From NCBI GenBank assembly GCA_964016885.1, contig OZ024755.1, positions 14,012,001-14,076,000 on the forward strand: 64,000 bases of DNA. The letters run 5' to 3'. This stretch comes from Eledone cirrhosa (Eukaryota). Made by a program: the position numbers and the translations under genes. Below the pieces are notes generated by a model. That model saw only the letters and a list, made by a program, of their open reading frames with translations. It did no database searches and had not been told where the DNA came from. Within the stretch, counting starts at the first letter, position 1; every line of letters starts with the position of its first letter. Of this stretch, positions 56,844 through 64,000 are shown piece by piece.

Positions 56844-57669
56844 CTGTGTGTATGTATACATATATGTACGTGTGTAGGCATGCATCCATGTGTGTATGTA
56901 TGTATGTCGGTATGCCTATATTTATGTATGAAGTTATGCATGCATATGTATTGGTCATTTTTTATTTTTTTTATTTTGAGTTTATTCTGTACGGCCACCT
57001 TCCCGTTGGCAAACTTTTAAAGAAAAGGAAAATTCTGTCGTCTCTTTGCGGAAATTGTTCATACTTTGAGTTTTAAGAATGATTTACAGATTTTAAAGAT
57101 AGTAGATGCCGTGACCATTTGTAGTTTATGAATTAAGGAGTTGCGTTCTTTCTCTAAAACTCCAAGTTCAATCATATGGGCTGGTATTTACGTGATTATA
57201 ACGTCATATCTGCTGTTGATGACTTTTTTTTACCAACAGGATGAAAGCTTTTTCAGTGATAAGATTGTGTATTGTGATAAAGTTGTGCTTTGTGATAATG
57301 TATATTATAAGAATTTTGCGTATTGTCATAATATGTATTGTGATAATCTCACTTATTGTGATAACATGTATATTTTGATAATATCGTCTATTGTAATAAA
57401 GTTTTGTAGTGTGTGTTTAGAGGTAAGTTTGGTGAGTGATTGGTATGACGTATCGATAATATGTGTGTAAGAAGAAATTGATATAGTTCATTGTCTCTTA
57501 TTGTATTAGGCAAGTAATCATCAGCTTGTGAAAACAAGTAGAAGTTAGACGGGCGGCAAGTTAAGACAAACATGCTGCGTTGGTTATAGCTTGTAATAAT
57601 ATTATATTAATGGGTACTGATTGAAGGATAAATGGAGATGGGGGCGTTGATGGGGAGCAGACATTGGGA

Positions 57670-58400
57670 TAGCTAGAGATAGATAAATATGTACAGAGAG
57701 AGAGACAGAGAATGTGTGTGTGTGAGTGTTCGGAGGGGGAGATAAAGACAGTTGGGTAGATATATACATATAGATATGTCAAGAGAGAGAAAGGAATAGA
57801 GAGTAGGAGACAGTGTCATAGTTAGAGATAGATAAATATGTACACAGAAAGTGAGTGGGAAAGAGTGTAGAAGAGAGATAAAGACAGTTGGGTAGCTAGA
57901 TAGATAAATAAGAACAGAGAAATAGGGAGAACGATAGGGATAAAGGAAAGAATATTATGCACAGAGAGAGAGAGGGGGGATGTAGTTAGAGCTAGATAAA
58001 TATGTACAGGGGGAGAAAGAGAGAGGGGATAGAGACAAGAAAAGAACAGACAGATAATATGTACAGAGAGAGAGAAAGAGACGTAGACAGGGATAAATAA
58101 ATATGTACAAAGAGCGAGAGAGGGGGAAAGAGAGAGAGGGGGGAATAGGAGAGAGAGAGAGATGTAGTTAGCAATAGATATGTACAGTGATAGAGAGAGA
58201 GATGTAGTTAGCAATAGATATGTACAGTGATAGAGAGAGGTAGTTAGAGATAGATTAATATGTACAGAGAAATAAAGAAAGAGAGAAACAAATAGCGAGC
58301 TAGAGAGATTGAGAAAGAGGGGTTGTAATAGGTGGTGAGAGAGAGGAAGAGAAGCGAAAGTAATAGAGATCAGAGAGATAATATAAATGAGAAAACAGAG
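57670..58400. repeat. Purine-rich degenerate satellite (AGATAGATAAATATGTACAGAGAGAG)
   Basis: The ATATGTACA motif recurs about eight times in a GA-rich background. Confidence 0.8.
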
Positions 58401-59680
58401 ATAGACTGAATTAGTATATAAATGTGTATATATATATATATATAATACGGTGGCTATGGTACTAAGAATATTAAGAAACGCATATTTATGTAGGATGATA
58501 AATATAATATATATATATATTAGTAAATGTGCACGTGGAAAAATGAGTATATACGACAAACGAACAAAAGCATCTATATATATATCTCTTCTTCAGCCAC
58601 TTCCGAAAAATACAATTTCGTACATTGAGGTGGGATTTTATTATTATTGCCAAGTCATACAGCACATTAAAACATGTTTCAAGCAAAACAGGAACAACAA
58701 AATAACTAAACAAAACTATACACAGTACAGGTGAACAAAAATGTCTATGTAACATGCATATATATATATATATTTGTGGAGGAGGTTGCGTGTGCATGTG
58801 CGTGTGCGTGTGAATAGATTTCCGAAACTAATGATATACAGTTTCATAGCTGCCATCTAAGGATCTTCGCATCAATAATGTTCCCTCTGAAACGATCGAA
58901 AAATAATAGATTAAACAACTATTTTCCCTTGTCTTATTCTTTCATTGTTTAACATATTATATATATACCCTTGGAGATCAATAAATACGTAAATATGTAT
59001 GTATATATGTATGTATGTATGCATGTGTGTATACATACATAAATACATAAAAACCTACAAACATACTCCTACACACAAACACACACACACATATACACAT
59101 ATATATATATATATATATATCGAGAGACGCAGAGAGAGAGAAAGGGTAGATCGGGTTAGAAAGAAGGAAAGAAAGAAAGAAAGAAAGAAAGAGGTGAAAT
59201 CGTTTTTGATGAATGATAGTACAGCAGTGATGACATCGTTTGTGATCGTAGACGGTACAATTCACGTTAAAAGCTTCTTCACATCTATCAAAGAAGACGA
59301 TGGGTAGATGTATTCAATCACACACACATACACACACATACACACACGTACACATGCATGCATATGTACATACTACATAGATACTCATACATATACACAC
59401 ACACTAACATAAACATAACTCACAAATTCACAAACTCACACATAACATACACACATGTAATTTATACATGTTTGGGGCCTAAAAGTTAAAGTAATTTCTA
59501 GCAAGTGGTGGTAGTGAGGGTGATGGAGGAGGAATAGGAGGGGGAGCAGGAGGAGGAGAATGTAGCACTGGTCATTGGGGTGTTGTATTGGAGTGAATGC
59601 AACGTGCTTCGAATGAGAATACCCAGGTATTGTTAATGACGACTGTAATGTATATAGCTGGCTAGGTATATGGCCTAGAG

Positions 59681-59755
59681 CAGTCATGGGCAAACTGCGG
59701 CCCGTTTGGCTTTCTGAAAGGCACGGCTAATTTCAAAACAGGTCCCGCACGCCTG
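59681..59755. mobile_element. 75-bp internally deleted hAT (Charlie-like) element with 8-bp TSD
   Basis: GCCTAGAG-CAGTCATGGGCAAACTGCGGCCCG...CCGCACGCCTG-GCCTAGAA. Confidence 0.75.
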
Positions 59756-59769
59756 GCCTAGAATATGGC

Positions 59770-60740
59770 TTGGTGTATGACAGAGTGGCTGTCTCTCTGA
59801 GTGTGTGGTTAGCCGGTTGTGTGGGCGGCTCTATGGCTAACAGTATGACTGTGTGTATGGCTGAGTGGGGGTCTGGGTGAATCGTCTTTAGGTGTGTGGT
59901 GAGCTTGTTGGCTGTGTGTGTGATTAGCTGGGTGGATGGGTGGTTCGCTGGGGGAATATTTGGTTGGCTAGGTAGGTTTTTGGCTGGATGTATGACTATG
60001 ACTGGGTACGTGGATTGTTTGGTGGGTTGCTGGCTTGGTGAGTGGCTGGATGTATGGCTAGGTGGGTGTTTGAGAGGCTGAATTTGTAGCTAGTTCACTG
60101 GGTGGATGGATATACCACTGGTTAGCTGGATGGTTGGATAACTGGTTGGGTGGTAGATTGGATGGCTGGCTGGATAGTTTTCCGGGTGTGTTACTGGATG
60201 GGTGACTAGCTGGATGGCTGGGTATTGGGTTGTGTGAATAACTAGCTGAGTTGCTGACTGAGAGTGTGAATGAGTGGGTGGTTTGGATTATCTAATTGTT
60301 TAGCTGGGTCGCTACTAGTTTCTTTTCTGTCTGGGCGTATGGATAGGTGTATGACTGGGTGTATATTTGGCTAGCTAGAGCTAGTTATCTGGTGAGGTTG
60401 ATGGGTGTTTAGCCGAGTGGTTGAATGGATAGGGGGATGGGTTGGCGGCTGAATGTGTGTATGGGGGTGGACGGTTAGGGGTAGCTGGCTGGATGGTAAT
60501 TGGACGGGTGTGGCTCAGTGGCTGGCTAGGTTGTTGACTGGGCTAATGACGGACTGGATCTTTTGCTGTCTGGATGGACGGGTGTGGTTGGGTGGCTAAC
60601 TGGGTGGGCGAGTGGCTGACAAGAGTGATGATTGGCTGACGAGATGGTTGGATAGTGTGCTGGCTGAGTGTGTGTTTGGGCGTCTGGCTAAGTACATGGT
60701 TGCTTGCTGACTGGCTGGGTGTATTGCTGGGTGGTCAAGG
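59770..60740. repeat. ~1 kb degenerate G/T-rich tetranucleotide repeat (GGCT/GGAT/GGGT/GGTT)
   Basis: Strong G/T strand skew with 4-nt periodicity. Confidence 0.85.
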
Positions 60741-60905
60741 GTAAACTAGCAATTTAGTAATCAATCTTAATTAAAGATAATAATACGTAATGGATTCTGG
60801 TGGAAGCTTTCTCTTGATGACGTCACCCCACTCTCCGCCTTTATTGCGGTTAATGTTGTCATCATCACAATCATCATCACATTCTTCATCATCATCACAA
60901 TCATT

Positions 60906-60970
<65 letters not shown>

Positions 60971-61133
60971 TATCATCATCATCAGCATCATCATCATTAT
61001 CATGAACCTCATCCTCATTACTTCTATTATCGTCATCATGATCACCATCATCATTATTCTCATCATCATCATCATCATTACTACCATTATCGTCATCTTA
61101 ACAACCTTTATTCTTTTCATTATTATTATTTTC

Positions 61134-61618
61134 GGTGGATTGGCAGTATCAGTAGAGAGTCGGACACAATGCTTTGAAGCATAGAGTTACGCCCCTTTAT
61201 GATCTGAGTACAAATCCCGCCGAGGTTAACTTTGCCTTTCATCCTTATGGGGTCGATAAAATAAAGTACCAGTAATTTACTGGGTAATTGCTGGCCTTGT
61301 GCCTAAAATAGAAACAATTATTATTATTTTCATCATCATCATCGTCAACATCATCATCATCAATATCGTCATAATCATAACCAGCACCACCCTTATCATC
61401 ATCATTATTATTATCATCATAGGGCCGTGGATTGGCAGTATTGGTAGGCGGTCGGACGCCATGCTTTGACGCATAGAGTTACGCCCCTTTATGATCTGAG
61501 TTCAAATCCCGCCGAGGTTAACTTTGCCTTTCATCCTTATGGGGTCGATAAAATAAAGTACCAGTAATACACTGGGTAATTGCTGGCCTTGTGCCTAAAG
61601 TAGAAACAATTATTATTA
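61134..61618 (+). mobile_element. Two near-identical SINE A copies in tandem (61134-61325 and 61428-61618) within (CAT)n
   Basis: Both share GCATAGAGTTACGCCCCTTTATGATCTGAG..CATCCTTATGGGGTCGATAAAATAAAGTACCAGTAAT..GGCCTTGTGCCTAAA. Confidence 0.93.
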
Positions 61619-61667
61619 TCATCATCATCCATATCACTGCCATCACCACCAATACCACTATTCCCAC

Positions 61668-61704
<37 letters not shown>

Positions 61705-61794
61705 TCCAGGTTTGAATACAGTAGATTTTTACCAGGGAAAGATAGAGAGTGAGAGAATGAAAGTGAGAAAGAGTTACAGAGGAAGAATCAACCC

Positions 61795-61938
61795 TATTGG
61801 TACTTTTTTTTATCAATCTTGAATAGATGAAAGGCACAGTTGACCTCGCCGGGATTTGAACTCAGAAAGCTGAGAGTAGAAACGAATCCCACAAAGCATT
61901 CTACCCGACGTTCTAACGACTCTGCCAATTGGCCGCCT
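61795..61938 (-). mobile_element. SINE family A copy
   Basis: GATGAAAGGCACAGTTGACCTCGCCGGGATTTGAACTCAGAA..TCTGCCAATT on plus strand. Confidence 0.82.
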
Positions 61939-62803
61939 AGTTATGTTACAAATTAACTCGAAATTCTTGATTATTTTTAATGTTATTTGGACATTCAGTG
62001 TCTTTCATTAGAAATATGGTAATGGAAGAGTTAAACAGAGGATTGTAAAAACAATCAATATATTATATTTTATCGATCTATAGTTAAAAGATGTAAATTT
62101 TAGATTCCTCTGAAAATGAGTCTGCTGCTATCAGTCCACTGAATAGCCATTTTTAGCTTTAAAAATATAATAGTTGAGACTATCGGAGCCACATAATTTA
62201 TTATAAACAAAAATACTTACAAGAAAACATGAATTTAGTTAACTTTTTTCTTATTCAATGCGATATTTGTCTTTGAATCTAATCGAAAATTACTTCAATG
62301 TCAGGATCACGAGTCGTGACTATTATTTTAATACAGCATTGTATATTTAATAAAATAAACTAAAACTATTTCAGAGATCCTATCAGCCACTCAAGATAGG
62401 CTGCGGAGCCGAAGGTTCCTTAACACCTCACTTGGACAAAAACCTCACTTGGACAAACACCTTACTTGGACAAACGATTATTTTAAAAGAAACACATTAA
62501 AATATTTTGAGGGAATTTATTACTTATTGGATTTAAAAAAAACGTTTTTAATTTTTTTCTTTTGTTTTCTAATAAAAGTTTATGATTTCAATACGTTTTC
62601 TTTTGATAAAATTTCTAAAATAACTAGAGTAATTTCGATACGTTTGTTTTAGTAAAACTCTCATAAAAATATTTATTATACTAGTACTTCCTTTAAAGAA
62701 ATGTTTAAGTAGAAATGTGTTAGAAGAGGTTGATTTTGTCAGGAGGTCATTAATTAAAACATATCAATACAGTTTTTTTAGTATGACTGGAGGGTCGGAC
62801 ACA

Positions 62804-63113
62804 GGCATTGTTGGCTGGGTAAAGAACTTTGCTTCACAATCAGACAAATACGTGTTCGATCCCACTGTGTGTCATTTTGAACAAGGTCTTAAAATAAAGA
62901 ACCTGTTAATAAAGTGTTAATTACATAATAATTATTTTATTATATACTCATATGTTGTAGCATGTTTGGTTGTGGTGTTAAAATGTTCTCTTTACAATTA
63001 CAATAATTTGGTTTTCGACTTATATCCCACTGCTTGGTTCCTTGAGCAAGTCTTTTCTAATACACCAAGCCGATCATTGCCTAGAGAATATATTTGGTCG
63101 ACAGGAAGCCCGT

Positions 63114-63116
<3 letters not shown>
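62804..63116 (+). mobile_element. Two diverged SINE B copies (62804-62890 and 62958-63116)
   Basis: TGGGTAAAGAACTTTGCTTCACAATC..GTTCGATCCCACTG; second copy has TCCCACTGC..CTTGAGCAAGTCTTTTCTA..GAAGCCCGTTGT. Confidence 0.7.
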
Positions 63117-63159
<43 letters not shown>

Positions 63160-64000
63160 AAAGTTTTATTTAAAATTGTTGGGTTACAACGAGTAAATAT
63201 TTTATAACTGATATAAAAGCACTCAACAGTTTTTGGAGTAGGTTTACGATATTAAACAAATGGAAACTATATTTATAAAACCATATTTATTTCGTTATAT
63301 ATATTTCTGGGATATCATATTAAAAATATGGTATGCCTTCCTCAGACAAAATACAATATATAAGCTGTTTTATAAATAATTTTGACATACCTTAGAATAA
63401 TGCAACTTCCATTTAAAAAGTTGATTTGGTAGTGAAACTGTTAAGGACAGTTATAGAGAAAGAAAGACGAAGAAAAACGAAGATAAAAAGAAGAAGGTGA
63501 AGAGATGTATGTAAAGAAAAACAACAGAGCGAGATAGAGAGAGAAGGAGATATGGGAGAGAGAAATATATTGAGGAAGTGAAAAAATAGTAGGCAGCTTG
63601 GGGACAGATGATCACCGTACAAGTGAGAGGTTAAGGAGGGAAGGGATACAGTTAAAATAGCCGACACATAAATCACGTCCAGTGTAGAGGAGAAAAAGAA
63701 AGAAAGATGATATATTTAAAATATATTATGTCTCATCCATTTGAATTATCAATTTTTATGAATTAGGTATTAAAATGTAAACATCAATATTCATGAATGA
63801 GACATATCAATAATGTGTGAAAAAAATGACCCCATGCTTAGTTTAAAAATTCTTAGGTCTATAAGCAAAATCTGAGACAAAACTTCAAACATAAGTATAT
63901 ATGCATTCTCATGAAAAAAGAAAAAAGAGAAAAGAGAAGGTTATCTCAAATTCAAGTTGATAATTATAGACACACATGTGAACTTACGTGATATGCTCCG

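Overview
This is AT-rich eukaryotic DNA dense in microsatellites and repeats. The SINE types and simple-repeat load suggest an octopod cephalopod, which is an inference from recall and not a search result. Only one credible host coding segment is visible: a ~1.1 kb terminal exon (8557-9653, +) encoding a Ser/Pro/Thr-rich region, a coiled coil and a C-terminal -ESII. Almost all other listed ORFs (IYIY, CVCV, poly-I) are microsatellite artefacts. The rest is a transposon graveyard: four or more tRNA-derived SINE families; three 5'-truncated R4/Dong-type retrotransposons (restriction-like endonuclease) inserted in (TAA)n; CR1/L2-group and RTE-like LINE relics; Tc1/mariner relics; hAT and piggyBac-type MITEs; minisatellites; and several fold-back inverted repeats. 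The most interesting signal is a set of fold-back elements in (TA)n that carry type I hammerhead ribozyme cores. Two cores are structurally complete (7996-8048 and 46931-46972, both minus strand). One lies in an element whose 39-bp direct repeats are exactly 300 nt apart, suggesting a Penelope pLTR or a retrozyme/circular-RNA-derived unit. Also notable are several independent microsatellite-targeting retroelement systems, including an unidentified family ending GCCCT(T/G)GTGGC-N-AATAAA. All alignments were done by eye, and boundaries of degraded repeats are approximate.
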